Positions 25,361 to 35,200 of a stretch of DNA of 64,000 nucleotides are shown here, in pieces. The DNA is from Lachnospiraceae bacterium (GTDB taxonomy: Bacteria; Bacillota; Clostridia; Lachnospirales; Lachnospiraceae): positions 26,102-90,101 of the forward strand of contig JAVBUF010000009.1 of assembly GCA_031555615.1 (NCBI GenBank). Reading direction: 5' to 3'. A model generated the notes under the pieces. It made no database searches. It was not told the origin of the DNA and saw only the letters and a list, made by a program, of their open reading frames with translations. Made by a program: the position numbers and the translations under genes. How positions within the stretch are numbered: the first letter of the stretch is position 1; each line of letters starts with the position of its first letter.

Positions 25361-26643
25361 CCGGCACTCTCCTCACCGCTTTTTATCTGCCCCGCCAAAT
25401 ATAAGGAGCCGGCAATATAGATGATATCATCCGCCTGCTTCTTCTGTTTCAGCAATCTCAACGCCTCCTGAGCATCCCTACACACTGTACAAGGCAAATC
25501 CGTATATTGTAAAAAAGTTTCTTTCAAGTCATAAACCGACAGACTTCTTATCGTTTCAAGAGGTACTGCTGCTGCCTCGGCAAATAGTCCCGACCCGGCA
25601 AGCATACCGATGATCCTCTGATATTGTTTTTCTTTGATGCCGCCGAATAACAGATATCTTTTTCCCTGACATTCGTCCTGACGTACGGTATCCAGCAAGG
25701 CTTGTATTCCATCTTCGTTATGAGCACCGTCGAGAAAAACTCCTTCGGCAATTTCTTCCATCCGTCCGGGCCAATAAGTTTTTCTTAATCCGGTCCGGAT
25801 ATGCTCTTCCGTAATACGTGCGTCTCTCAGCAATTCCACTGCCTGGACCGCCATGGCCGCATTTTCTGCCTGATATAACGCTTTCGTAGATAAAAGAAGT
25901 CTAACATACATATAATAACGAGAATGAAAGGAAAAATCAATGGTTTTATTTTCTATTTCATTAATTTTTATATCTTCCGGCTGTATCACAAAAATCGGAC
26001 ACCCGCTTAAGCTGGCTGTTTCCCGGAGTTTTTCCGTAACCCCATCCTTTTTACCGATGGTCACCACCGGTACTCCCGGCTTCATGATCCCAGCCTTCTC
26101 CCCGGCAATTTCGGCCAGCGAATTTCCCAAATACTCCATATGGTCATAACCGATCTCAGTTATTACACAAACCTCCGGATGACTGATCACATTAGTGGCA
26201 TCTAATCGCCCTCCCAGTCCGGTTTCCAAAATAATATACTCTATATCCTTACTTTCAAACACCACCATGGCCATTAAAAACAAAAATTCAAAAAAAGAAG
26301 GGTGAAAGTTATCTTTTCTTTTACGTGCAAACTGTTCCACACCATCTCTGACTTTATGGAAGGCGGCGGCAAACTCCTCTTCCGATATCACTTTACCGGA
26401 AATCGAAATCCGCTCCCGCATGGTAACCAGGTGAGGGGAGGTGAACACTCCCGCCGCAATTCCTGATTCTGTCAAAACAGACTGTAAATAAGCACAAACG
26501 CTCCCCTTTCCGTTTGTGCCTGCTACATGAATCATCTTTTTTCTCATTCCGGGATTTCCCATAAACTGCAAAAATTCCCGAATGTCCACTAATGTGTGTT
26601 TACTGCTTATTTGGGGAATGCCCAAAATATATTCTTCAACCAT
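25357..26643 (-). CDS. folC: bifunctional folylpolyglutamate synthase / dihydrofolate synthase
   Basis: Mur-ligase P-loop HVAGTNGKGS. The ORF-track start is a TTG; the adjacent ATG 26643 has GAGG 7 nt upstream. Confidence 0.9.
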   Translation of the reverse strand: MVEEYILGIPQISSKHTLVDIREFLQFMGNPGMRKKMIHVAGTNGKGSVCAYLQSVLTESGIAAGVFTSPHLVTMRERISISGKVISEEEFAAAFHKVRDGVEQFARKRKDNFHPSFFEFLFLMAMVVFESKDIEYIILETGLGGRLDATNVISHPEVCVITEIGYDHMEYLGNSLAEIAGEKAGIMKPGVPVVTIGKKDGVTEKLRETASLSGCPIFVIQPEDIKINEIENKTIDFSFHSRYYMYVRLLLSTKALYQAENAAMAVQAVELLRDARITEEHIRTGLRKTYWPGRMEEIAEGVFLDGAHNEDGIQALLDTVRQDECQGKRYLLFGGIKEKQYQRIIGMLAGSGLFAEAAAVPLETIRSLSVYDLKETFLQYTDLPCTVCRDAQEALRLLKQKKQADDIIYIAGSLYLAGQIKSGEESAG

Positions 26644-26652
26644 CAAATAACC

Positions 26653-28137
26653 TCAATGCACAATTACATTTCCCACAATCATACCGCCCTGCGTCGTATA
26701 GTTCATATAGCAGGTATTGTTTTCTATAGGCATCTGCAGTTGGGCAATACAAATTACGCTTCCCCGGTAAATATTCCCGTCCACCCGGATCTGTGCCCCT
26801 TTTCCCTTCTGCATCTGAGTAAAGATGTCCTGCTGTTCTTCAATTAATGCGTTTAACTCTTCTATAACTTCTTTTTCCTGCTGCTTTAATTTGGCCATCG
26901 GCGCACCTATTACTGACAGGTATTTATCTCCTAACGTTACCGCCTTCTTTTTTAATGCCTCGACCTCTTCCTGCAGTTCTTCCAACTTCCTTTTGGCCTG
27001 TGTTTCGGCTTTTTTCAGATTGATACCCTTGTAATAAATATCTGCGTCATAACCGGCATGAACTACCGTTCTGGTTTCCGCCTCATTACCCACGGCTACT
27101 GCCTCGATTCCCTGCAATGCATGGGTATAACCACCAACCAGGGTACCTCGTTTTCCTGAAAGAACCACTTTTTCTTCGGCTTGTACACGGGAATTCATAA
27201 TACTGTCCGCAAATACATTGCCTCCGGCAGTTACAATGGTCTGCTCAATAAATTTAGCAAAAACACTGCCTCTTGCCGATGCCTTGGCCCGCTGTTGCCC
27301 CTGTATCCCCCGTTGTAAGATAATATCACCGCCGGCAAATAAAGATGCTGCCTCAACCGAACCTCTGATTTCGATATTCCGCCCGGCGCGGATGATAACC
27401 CCTGATTCCACATTGCCGTTAATGACCACATCACCGAAAAATTCAATCTTCCCAATGGTCTGATCTACATCACCATATATCTCATGGGTACTCTGAATAT
27501 CCAGTTTGCCGTCCCGCAGTTCGACCTTGCCCTCTTTTTCTGCAAAATAAGTATCCTCGGTATCCCGCTTGCTGATGGCGGCTCCCCGAAGCGGCGGAAG
27601 GTCCCTGACAGGCCTGGCCGGAATGATATTTCCCAAAACATCCATTCCGTCTTTTCCCGGCTTTGCGGGATAATACTTGGCCAGCTTATCACCAATATGA
27701 ACATTGACTATTTGGTTAACCGCCGTATAATCTGCCGTACCGTCCTCAAGGATCTTGGGGGTTTTCTCTGCCGTGGCATCAAAAGTGTACTCAAAATATC
27801 CATCTTTACCGGCAATGGGTGGGCGGCCTTCTGCTATCTTAATTTCGCGAAAATAGACTTGCTTTTTAATCATTGCTGAAATGTTAGATTCGTGAAACCC
27901 GATAATCACTTCTCCGCGCCGCAGATAGTCTTTAATTTCCGCTTTCGTATATTCTCCCTGGTCAACCTCAGGCGTCACTAAAGACAACCATGCTGTCATC
28001 TTGTCTTCCGCAATCTTGATATAAGATTGATTAAGTTCAAGCCTTAACTGCAGGGGATCAAATATTCCTTCATCACCTTTTCTTTCAGCAGCAGCGATGA
28101 CACCTACAGCTTCTGCAATTGTTGCATCATTACCCAT
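26653..28137 (-). CDS. DUF342 / FapA-like protein
   Basis: About 494 aa. Repetitive beta-helix-like core (GDVVINGNVESGVIIRAGRNIEIRGSVEAASLFAGGDIILQRGIQG) followed by a C-terminal coiled coil, as in FapA-family proteins. ATG 28137 has GGAG 7 nt upstream. Confidence 0.7.
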   Translation of the reverse strand: MGNDATIAEAVGVIAAAERKGDEGIFDPLQLRLELNQSYIKIAEDKMTAWLSLVTPEVDQGEYTKAEIKDYLRRGEVIIGFHESNISAMIKKQVYFREIKIAEGRPPIAGKDGYFEYTFDATAEKTPKILEDGTADYTAVNQIVNVHIGDKLAKYYPAKPGKDGMDVLGNIIPARPVRDLPPLRGAAISKRDTEDTYFAEKEGKVELRDGKLDIQSTHEIYGDVDQTIGKIEFFGDVVINGNVESGVIIRAGRNIEIRGSVEAASLFAGGDIILQRGIQGQQRAKASARGSVFAKFIEQTIVTAGGNVFADSIMNSRVQAEEKVVLSGKRGTLVGGYTHALQGIEAVAVGNEAETRTVVHAGYDADIYYKGINLKKAETQAKRKLEELQEEVEALKKKAVTLGDKYLSVIGAPMAKLKQQEKEVIEELNALIEEQQDIFTQMQKGKGAQIRVDGNIYRGSVICIAQLQMPIENNTCYMNYTTQGGMIVGNVIVH

Positions 28138-28168
28138 CACTGTTCTCCAAACGAAATATTAAATTCTT

Positions 28169-30835
28169 TTATTCTATTTTACCTAACTTCTGCAATTGTT
28201 GCAAGCGTATCTTAATCTGTTCCTGCATCTGTTCATACTTTCGCAATTTTTCCGTTTCTTCGGCAATTTTTGCCGCCGGTGCTTTGGAAATGAAACGCTC
28301 ATTGTCAAGCATTCCGTTTACCCTTGCCAACTCGCCTTCCAGGCGCTTTTCTTCCTTTTGCAAGCGCTCGATTTCCTGCCCCACATCGACTAGTTCAGCA
28401 AATGGAATATAAAGATTGGCATTGGCGATAACAACGGAAACAGCATCTTCCGGAATGTTGCTTTTATCTGTTTGAATGTTTACTTCAGAGGCATTCGCCA
28501 AAGAAGCAAAAAACAATTTTCCTTGGGTAAAAGTATCCATGATATCGGCCTTCTCGCTGACTACAAAGATACCCGCTTTGCGGCTGGGGGGAACATTCAT
28601 TTCGGTACGGATATTACGGATTCCCCGGACTGCTTCTTTGATCACCTCAATGTCCTTTTCTTCTTTGCCAAAGTTTCGTTCTTCCCGATATTCCGGCCAT
28701 CTGGAAACCATTATCGATTCTTCTGACGACTGTAAGGTACAGAAAATCTCTTCCGTCACAAAGGGCATATAGGGATGCAAAAGCTTTAAGGCATCGATCA
28801 GGACGGTTTTTAAGGTCCATAACGCTGCACTTTTGCTTTCCAGATCGTCGGAATTATACAGTCTGGGTTTTACCATTTCAATATACCAGTCACAAAACTC
28901 ATCCCAGATAAAATCGTAAATCTTCTGTACGGCAATGCCCAGATCAAAGTTTTCCATATGCTCCGTTACTTCTTTGATCAACTGATTCAATTTGGACAAA
29001 ATCCACTTGTCCACCGGCTGAAGGACAGGCTTTTCGGCATCTGTACTGCCGTTCATCATGATAAATCTTGAGGCATTCCATATTTTATTGGCAAAATTAC
29101 GGCTGGCTTCCACTCTTTCATAATAAAAACGCATATCATTGCCCGGTGCATTACCGGTAATCAGCGAATAGCGCAGGGCATCGGCACCGTATTTCTCGAT
29201 GATCTCCAGCGGGTCGATCCCGTTCCCCAGGGATTTGCTCATTTTACGGCCCTGGGAATCCCTTACCAGACCATGGAACAAGACGGTATCAAAAGGTTTT
29301 TCACCCATCTGCTCATAACCCGAAAAAATCATCCGGATAACCCAGAAGAAAATGATATCATAACCGGTTACCAATACGTTGGTGGGATAAAAATATTTCA
29401 GATCCTCAGTCTGATCCGGCCAGCCCAGGGTGGAAAAAGGCCAGAGTGCCGAAGAAAACCAGGTATCCAGGGTATCGGGATCCTGTTCCATATGGTCATG
29501 TCCGCATTTGGGACATTTTTCCACAGCCTCACGGCTGACTATGACTTCCCCGCATTTATCGCAGTAATAGGCCGGAATCCGGTGTCCCCACCAAAGCTGC
29601 CGGCTGATACACCAGTCACGGATATTATCGGTCCAGTTATAATACAATTTATCCATCCGCTCCGGCACCAGTTTGATTTCACCGGTCTTAACGGCTTTTA
29701 CCGCCGGCCGGATCAGCTCATCCATCTTCACGAACCATTGCTGCTTGATCAGCGGTTCGATGGTGGTCTTGCAGCGGTCATGAGTTCCTACATTGTGAGC
29801 GTAATCTTCTACCTTTGTCAGCAGCCCCATCTCCTCCAGTTCCTTTACGATGGCTTTTCTGGCATCATCCCGGGTCATACCGGCAAACTTCCCGCCTGCC
29901 CCATTAATAGTGGCATCATCATTCATAATGTTGATTTCCGGAAGATTGTGCCGTTTTCCCACCTCGAAATCGTTGGGGTCGTGAGCCGGCGTTATTTTTA
30001 CCACACCGGTTCCGAATTCCATATCTACATAACCATCCGCAACAATGGGGATCTCTCTGTTCATCAGCGGCAGCATCAGCTTCCTGCCGATGAGATGCTG
30101 ATACCGCTCATCTTCGGGATTAACTGCTACCGCGGTATCGCCTAACATGGTTTCGGGACGGGTAGTGGCAAAAGTCAGGAAGGTACTTGTGCTGACAGCA
30201 CCATCCTCTTCAATCAACGGATAATTAATATGCCACAAATGTCCCTGCTGCTCTTCGTATTCCACTTCCGCATCAGAAATGGACGTATTACAAACCGGAC
30301 ACCAGTTGATAATCCGGCTGCCCTTATAAATCCATCCTTTTTCATGCATCTTACAGAATACCTCGGTTACTGCCTTGTTGCAGCCTTCATCCATGGTAAA
30401 ACGCTCTCTGTCCCAGTCACAGGAAGAACCTAACTTCTTCAGCTGTCCGATAATCCGGCCGCCATATTCCTTTTTCCATTCCCAGGCCCGCTCTAAAAAG
30501 CCTTCCCGGCCAAGATCATTCTTATCAATTCCTTCTTCCCGCAATTTTTCGATAATCTTCACTTCAGTGGCTATACTGGCGTGATCAGTCCCCGGCTGCC
30601 AAAGGGCATTGTACCCCTGCATCCGCTTAAACCGAATAATAATATCCTGCATAGTATTGTCCAAAGCATGACCCATATGCAGCTGACCCGTAATATTGGG
30701 CGGCGGAATCACAATCGTAAACGGCTTCCTGCTCTCATCCACCTCCGCATGAAAATACTTCTTATCCATCCATCTCTGATACAACTTCTCCTCAATTCCC
30801 TGAGGGTCATAAGTTTTAGCTAATTCTTTACTCAT
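28169..30835 (-). CDS. valS: valine--tRNA ligase
   Basis: 888 aa. HIGH motif ([14 protein letters not shown]), KMSKS motif (RKMSKSLGN) and a C-terminal coiled coil. A T-box leader lies upstream. Confidence 0.97.
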   Translation of the reverse strand: MSKELAKTYDPQGIEEKLYQRWMDKKYFHAEVDESRKPFTIVIPPPNITGQLHMGHALDNTMQDIIIRFKRMQGYNALWQPGTDHASIATEVKIIEKLREEGIDKNDLGREGFLERAWEWKKEYGGRIIGQLKKLGSSCDWDRERFTMDEGCNKAVTEVFCKMHEKGWIYKGSRIINWCPVCNTSISDAEVEYEEQQGHLWHINYPLIEEDGAVSTSTFLTFATTRPETMLGDTAVAVNPEDERYQHLIGRKLMLPLMNREIPIVADGYVDMEFGTGVVKITPAHDPNDFEVGKRHNLPEINIMNDDATINGAGGKFAGMTRDDARKAIVKELEEMGLLTKVEDYAHNVGTHDRCKTTIEPLIKQQWFVKMDELIRPAVKAVKTGEIKLVPERMDKLYYNWTDNIRDWCISRQLWWGHRIPAYYCDKCGEVIVSREAVEKCPKCGHDHMEQDPDTLDTWFSSALWPFSTLGWPDQTEDLKYFYPTNVLVTGYDIIFFWVIRMIFSGYEQMGEKPFDTVLFHGLVRDSQGRKMSKSLGNGIDPLEIIEKYGADALRYSLITGNAPGNDMRFYYERVEASRNFANKIWNASRFIMMNGSTDAEKPVLQPVDKWILSKLNQLIKEVTEHMENFDLGIAVQKIYDFIWDEFCDWYIEMVKPRLYNSDDLESKSAALWTLKTVLIDALKLLHPYMPFVTEEIFCTLQSSEESIMVSRWPEYREERNFGKEEKDIEVIKEAVRGIRNIRTEMNVPPSRKAGIFVVSEKADIMDTFTQGKLFFASLANASEVNIQTDKSNIPEDAVSVVIANANLYIPFAELVDVGQEIERLQKEEKRLEGELARVNGMLDNERFISKAPAAKIAEETEKLRKYEQMQEQIKIRLQQLQKLGKIE

Positions 30836-30857
30836 AATATTCTCCTTGTTTACTATC

Positions 30858-30927
30858 TTTTCTTTTGCTCTTTTGTTCTTTTTTAGCTCTTTTGCTCTTT
30901 AGTTCTTTTGCTCTTTTGCTCTTTTCG
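30858..30927 (-). repeat. degenerate tandem 8-mer repeat in the valS 5' UTR
   Basis: The mRNA sense reads GAGCAAAA GAGCAAAA GAACUAAA GAGCAAAA GAGCUAAAAAA GAACAAAA GAGCAAAA GAAAAGA. It ends about 20 nt before the AAGGAGA RBS of valS. Confidence 0.8.
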
Positions 30928-31023
30928 CAACTGACATTTGCGAAACTCGTACCTGTCAATGGTGCACGGGATAAACCACGCTGCACCTCGCCACCTTCCC
31001 GTTTCGCACTCACTACCTCGGTA

Positions 31024-31308
31024 ACAAAAAGCCCCTTGCCATTACTGGCAAAGGGCGTGTTTAACGCGGTACCACCTTTGTTCGCCGGTCCGGACGGACG
31101 GCATCTTAAACGAATCCCTGAGGATTCTTATCCGGTAACGGGGATAAGACGTGAAGACTTACTGGGAACAGATCAAACTGTCGGTTAGGTCCTCCGGTTC
31201 AGAAGCTACCTTCCACATCTCCTGCCTAAAATGACCTCGCAGCCGGTGGGTCATCCTCTCTGTTAAGGGTAAATGTGTACTCCTCTTCATCACTACCTTT
31301 GTATTGTT
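31024..31308 (-). promoter_or_regulatory. T-box riboswitch leader (tRNA-Val responsive) with terminator
   Basis: The minus strand carries the T-box sequence AAAGGUGGUACCGCG (31079..31065). It is followed by the terminator GCCCUUUGCC-aguaau-GGCAAGGGGC-UUUUU (31056..31025). Stem I has a GA motif (UGAUGA), AGAGA and AGUA/GAA elements. The candidate specifier is GUA (Val) in gaaGGUAGCUUC. Confidence 0.85.
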
Positions 31309-31314
31309 AATCTA

Positions 31315-31343
31315 AATATAGACAAGATAAAACTGTTTGTCAA
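31315..31343 (-). promoter_or_regulatory. sigma-A promoter of the valS operon
   Basis: The minus strand reads TTGACA-17 nt-TATATT. Confidence 0.7.
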
Positions 31344-31359
31344 GTAGGGCATTCCTATT

Positions 31360-32451
31360 TTAACTCATCTGTTTCAAGTCATCTTCCAAAACGGTTATAT
31401 TTAATGTGGTGGATAAATCAATTTCCTTTCCGGGGATGTCTTTTCCATCCTTTTTTTCAATCAAACGTACCACCGGCCGGAACGGAAATCCCGGTACCTG
31501 CTCCTTTACAACGGCCTGATTGCCATCTGACAGAAGCAGCATATTGCCGTTGGGATAAATGGCAATACTTTGAAAAAATTGGGCTACCAGTTGGGCATCC
31601 AGCTTTTCAACCGCATCTGCCGTTAATATTTCAGCAGCCTTGCTGGGGGTAAAGCTTTTCCGATAGCAGCGGGGGGATGTCAAAGCTTCATAAACATCCA
31701 CAATCGATGCAATCCTGATCAGCGTGTTTAATTCCCCTCCTTCCGAACCGTAAGCATATCCCGAACCATCCAGGCGCTCATGATGATACAGCGCTATTTG
31801 TCTGGACGCTTCTGTCAGAAGCGGATCTTTTTTCAATATATCATATCCCAAAATCGGATGCTGCTTGATATGCTCAAATTCTTCTTCGGACAAAACAGTC
31901 GGTTTATAAAGAATGTTTTGATCCAATGCAATTTTTCCGATATCATGGAGCAGGAGCCCTTGTGCCAGATCACGCAGGGAAACTTCATTCATCCCCACCC
32001 TGTGTGCTAATATCAGTCCGTAAACTGCCACATTTACACAATGGATCAGGGTCTCATCTTTCGTGCTGCCGATATCATTTAAACTGATTATAATATTAGG
32101 CTGGCTCATCACATCGTTCAGCAGTATGGTTACCATTCCTGATATCCCCTGACTGTCAAAGCTTCCGCTTTCTCTGAACCGGGTAAAAGTATCTGCCAAA
32201 ACCGACTTACAGCGAGTTCTGGTTTCTTCGGAAATCACATCTGCAATCTCAATACCTTCACTGACCTCATCTTCAATATAAAGATTATAGATACCCAACT
32301 CATTTAGTTTATTGGCATAACGATTTAGATTAGACGTTCCCTTCCTAATCAGCATCACTGTATCCGAATATATGCTTCTTCCCAATTTCATCTCGGGAGT
32401 TACCATTGCTAATGAAACTTTTCTCATAAATATTCTCTCTTTTATCCGCAT
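31360..32451 (-). CDS. HD-GYP domain protein (putative cyclic-di-GMP phosphodiesterase)
   Basis: LLHDIGKIAL and HHERLDGSGYAYG motifs. The likely start is ATG 32427 (MRKVSLAMV...), preceded by a weak AGAGAGAA RBS. Confidence 0.8.
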   Translation of the reverse strand: MRIKERIFMRKVSLAMVTPEMKLGRSIYSDTVMLIRKGTSNLNRYANKLNELGIYNLYIEDEVSEGIEIADVISEETRTRCKSVLADTFTRFRESGSFDSQGISGMVTILLNDVMSQPNIIISLNDIGSTKDETLIHCVNVAVYGLILAHRVGMNEVSLRDLAQGLLLHDIGKIALDQNILYKPTVLSEEEFEHIKQHPILGYDILKKDPLLTEASRQIALYHHERLDGSGYAYGSEGGELNTLIRIASIVDVYEALTSPRCYRKSFTPSKAAEILTADAVEKLDAQLVAQFFQSIAIYPNGNMLLLSDGNQAVVKEQVPGFPFRPVVRLIEKKDGKDIPGKEIDLSTTLNITVLEDDLKQMS

Positions 32452-32560
32452 TTAAATAATTCATTTTACAATAATAGCATACTTTTCGTTTTTTAATTAT
32501 GTTTTTCAGAATTCATTGGGAAAATTGTTATAATTGCACAAAATCCATTTCTTTCAAGTC

Positions 32561-35200
32561 CTAGTTTATATCAATTCCGGTCACTTCATATCCGGCTTCC
32601 ACTACTGCACCTGCCAAAATTTCATTTTCTACATCGCCCTCCAGTATGACTGCTGCGTTCTTTTCTTCCAGGCTCATGGTTACCGTTTTTACACCGGCCA
32701 CCCCGGCCAATGCCTTTCCCACTCTGGCCGTACAATGACCGCAAGACATCCCTTCAATATGAATTGTTTTCTTCACAATGATTTCCTCCGTTTTCTTTGA
32801 TTTGATTTTAAAATTTTTCAGACGCAAAGCATTTCCCACCACAAACAGGCTGCTAAGGCTCATGGCTGCCGCACCATACATGGGACTTAACTTCACCCCC
32901 CAAAGCGGATACAGCAATCCGGCTGCCAGAGGAATCCCGATGCTATTATAGAAAAATGCCCAAAATAAATTTTCTTTAATATTGATAATGACTCTGCGGC
33001 TTAACCTTATGGCTGTGACCACATCGGTTAATTCACTTTTCATCAAAACGATATCTGCACTTTCCAATGCCACATCGGTGCCTGCACCGATGGCGACCCC
33101 CACATCCGCAGCCGCCAGTGCCGGTGCATCATTGATACCGTCACCCACCATGGCCACCTTTTTACCTTCGTCCTGCAGTCTGCGGATTTCTTTTTCCTTG
33201 TCCTCCGGCACAACTCCCGCTACCACCTTGCTGATCTTCAGTTTATCTTTGACGGCATTGGCTGTGATCTGATTATCACCGGTTAACATCATAACCTCAA
33301 TGCCCATATTCTGCAATTCCCTGATGGCCGTGCCGGAAGATTCCTTGATGATATCCGCTACGGCAATTGCTGCCAATAGCTGCTGTTCACAGGCAAACAG
33401 AAGGATGGTCTTTCCCTGCGCTGCAAGTTTATTGACCTTTTCTTTTTGCTCCTTTGTTAAGGCGATATTATTTTCTTCCAGCAGGCGCTCATTACCGGCC
33501 AAATATCTTGCACGTTTCCCGCCCTGTTCTATATACCCTTTGACGCCCTTGCCAAAAACAGCCTCGAAATCTTCTACTAGTATTGCCTCATTTAGTATTG
33601 CCTCATTGGATGAATCCAGCTCACTGGATTTGGTTACAACCGCTTCCGCCAGGGGGTGTTCACTGGCCTTCTCCAGGGCCCCCGCCAGCCGGATCATCTG
33701 CTCACTGCTGATGTTCTTATCAAACATCAGGATATCGGTTACTGCCGGCTTTCCTGCGGTAATGGTTCCGGTTTTATCCAAAACTACCGTATCCACTGCC
33801 CCAGCCGTTTGTAAAGCCTCCCCCGATTTAATCAAAATACCGTTCCGTGCCCCTACACCAGTTCCCACCATGATAGCCACCGGTGTGGCCAATCCCAGGG
33901 CACACGGACAGGAAATCACCAGCACCGCTGTAGCTGCCGACACAGCAAAGGAGAGACCTGCACCGGCCAATAACCAGCCTCCCAGTGTCAATGCCGCAAT
34001 CCCGATTACAATCGGAACAAAAACGCCGGCTATCTGATCCGCCATCCTGGCAATGGGTGCTTTGGATGCCGAGGCCTCCTCCACCAGACGGATAATTTGC
34101 GAAAGGGTGGTATCCTCCCCTACTCTGGTGGCTTTACAGGTTAAAACGCCTGCTTTATTTATAGTTGCCGATATCACTTTATCACCCGGTACCTTTTCCA
34201 CCGGTATGCTTTCCCCGGTAATGGCTGACTCATCCATACTGGAATTTCCTTTTATGATCACACCATCTACCGGCACTGCACTTCCCGGACGCAGCAGAAA
34301 ACAGTCCCCCACCATAACCTGCTCTACCGGAATCTCACTTTCTTCTCCCATTTCACTGATAATCGTGGCGGTCTTGGGTGACAGATCCATCAAGGCCGTT
34401 ATGGCTTCTTTGGTCTTCCCCTTGGAACGGGCCTCCAGATATTTTCCGACAGTAATCAGAGTCAATATGGTTCCCGCCGACTCAAAATACAACTCTTCCG
34501 CATACTGCTCCACCAGGGCAATCTCCCCGTGTCCAAGACCGTATCCGATACAAAACACCGCAACTATCCCATACAAGACCGAGGCCGTTGCGCCAATGGC
34601 TATCAAGCTGTCCATATTGGGGTGGCCGCGAAACAGTGTTTTCCAGCCAGTCTGAAAGAAGCTTCTGTTAACATATATAATGGGCAGTACCAGCAAAAAC
34701 TGGGTAAAAGCAAAGGTCAGGGCATTCTCATGGCCATGGAAAAGCCGGATCATCAACTCCGGTACCGGCAGTCCAAACCACATCTGAAACATATGATGCA
34801 TCGCCAGATACATCAGTATCACCCAAAAAACAAGGGATACCATCAGCCGTTTAGCCATACTTTGATCATTAGACATATTTTGACCATTGGGCATGCTATG
34901 ACCATATTTACTTGCAGCCTTTCCTCTTGACTTATTGGGTCGATCTTCTGCTGCATAAATTTCGTTTTTATCTGCTGTATTTCTTTCCTTCACCGCCGGC
35001 TGTGCCCCATATCCCGCCTTTTCCACAGCATCCACAATATGATCGACAGCGCAGACGCTTTCGTCATATTTTACCTGCATGCTGTTGGTCAAAAGATTCA
35101 CCGTAACCTTTTCCATTCCCGGTAACTTACTCACACTTTTTTCTACATGAGCCGAGCACGCCGAGCAGGTCATTCCTGTCACCTCAAACTTTTGCTGCAT
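32561..35200 (-). CDS. copA: copper-translocating P1B-type ATPase with N- and C-terminal HMA domains
   Basis: N-terminal GMTCSACSAHVE. Core motifs CPCALGLATP, DKTGTIT, SEHPLAEAV, GDGINDAP. A C-terminal second HMA (IEGMSCGHCTARVGKAL). It overlaps the upstream ATPase gene by 17 nt. Confidence 0.9.
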   Translation of the reverse strand: MQQKFEVTGMTCSACSAHVEKSVSKLPGMEKVTVNLLTNSMQVKYDESVCAVDHIVDAVEKAGYGAQPAVKERNTADKNEIYAAEDRPNKSRGKAASKYGHSMPNGQNMSNDQSMAKRLMVSLVFWVILMYLAMHHMFQMWFGLPVPELMIRLFHGHENALTFAFTQFLLVLPIIYVNRSFFQTGWKTLFRGHPNMDSLIAIGATASVLYGIVAVFCIGYGLGHGEIALVEQYAEELYFESAGTILTLITVGKYLEARSKGKTKEAITALMDLSPKTATIISEMGEESEIPVEQVMVGDCFLLRPGSAVPVDGVIIKGNSSMDESAITGESIPVEKVPGDKVISATINKAGVLTCKATRVGEDTTLSQIIRLVEEASASKAPIARMADQIAGVFVPIVIGIAALTLGGWLLAGAGLSFAVSAATAVLVISCPCALGLATPVAIMVGTGVGARNGILIKSGEALQTAGAVDTVVLDKTGTITAGKPAVTDILMFDKNISSEQMIRLAGALEKASEHPLAEAVVTKSSELDSSNEAILNEAILVEDFEAVFGKGVKGYIEQGGKRARYLAGNERLLEENNIALTKEQKEKVNKLAAQGKTILLFACEQQLLAAIAVADIIKESSGTAIRELQNMGIEVMMLTGDNQITANAVKDKLKISKVVAGVVPEDKEKEIRRLQDEGKKVAMVGDGINDAPALAAADVGVAIGAGTDVALESADIVLMKSELTDVVTAIRLSRRVIINIKENLFWAFFYNSIGIPLAAGLLYPLWGVKLSPMYGAAAMSLSSLFVVGNALRLKNFKIKSKKTEEIIVKKTIHIEGMSCGHCTARVGKALAGVAGVKTVTMSLEEKNAAVILEGDVENEILAGAVVEAGYEVTGIDIN

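Noticed and set aside
30828-31013. 61-aa Lys-rich ORF ([22 protein letters not shown]) in the valS leader.
   Set aside because: It is a GTG-initiated frame with GAGG only 2 nt upstream. Its Lys-richness is just the translation of the A-rich 8-mer repeat, and it runs into valS out of frame. I treat it as non-coding leader.
31190-31215. An alternative register of the T-box specifier loop would read GGU (Gly) instead of GUA (Val).
   Set aside because: With the 4-bp GAAG/CUUC helix below the loop, the purine adjacent to the helix is G and the preceding triplet is GUA. This matches the downstream valS gene. I cannot settle the register by eye, so it is not reported as an anomaly.
33300-34655. Long plus-strand ORFs (245 and 200 aa) antisense to copA. 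Similar cases lie antisense to valS (29273..30145), cadA, HtpG, the SBP genes and others.
   Set aside because: Their low-complexity Ser/Ala/Pro/Thr-rich translations are typical of antisense frames of well-supported genes. They have no RBS and no recognisable domains.
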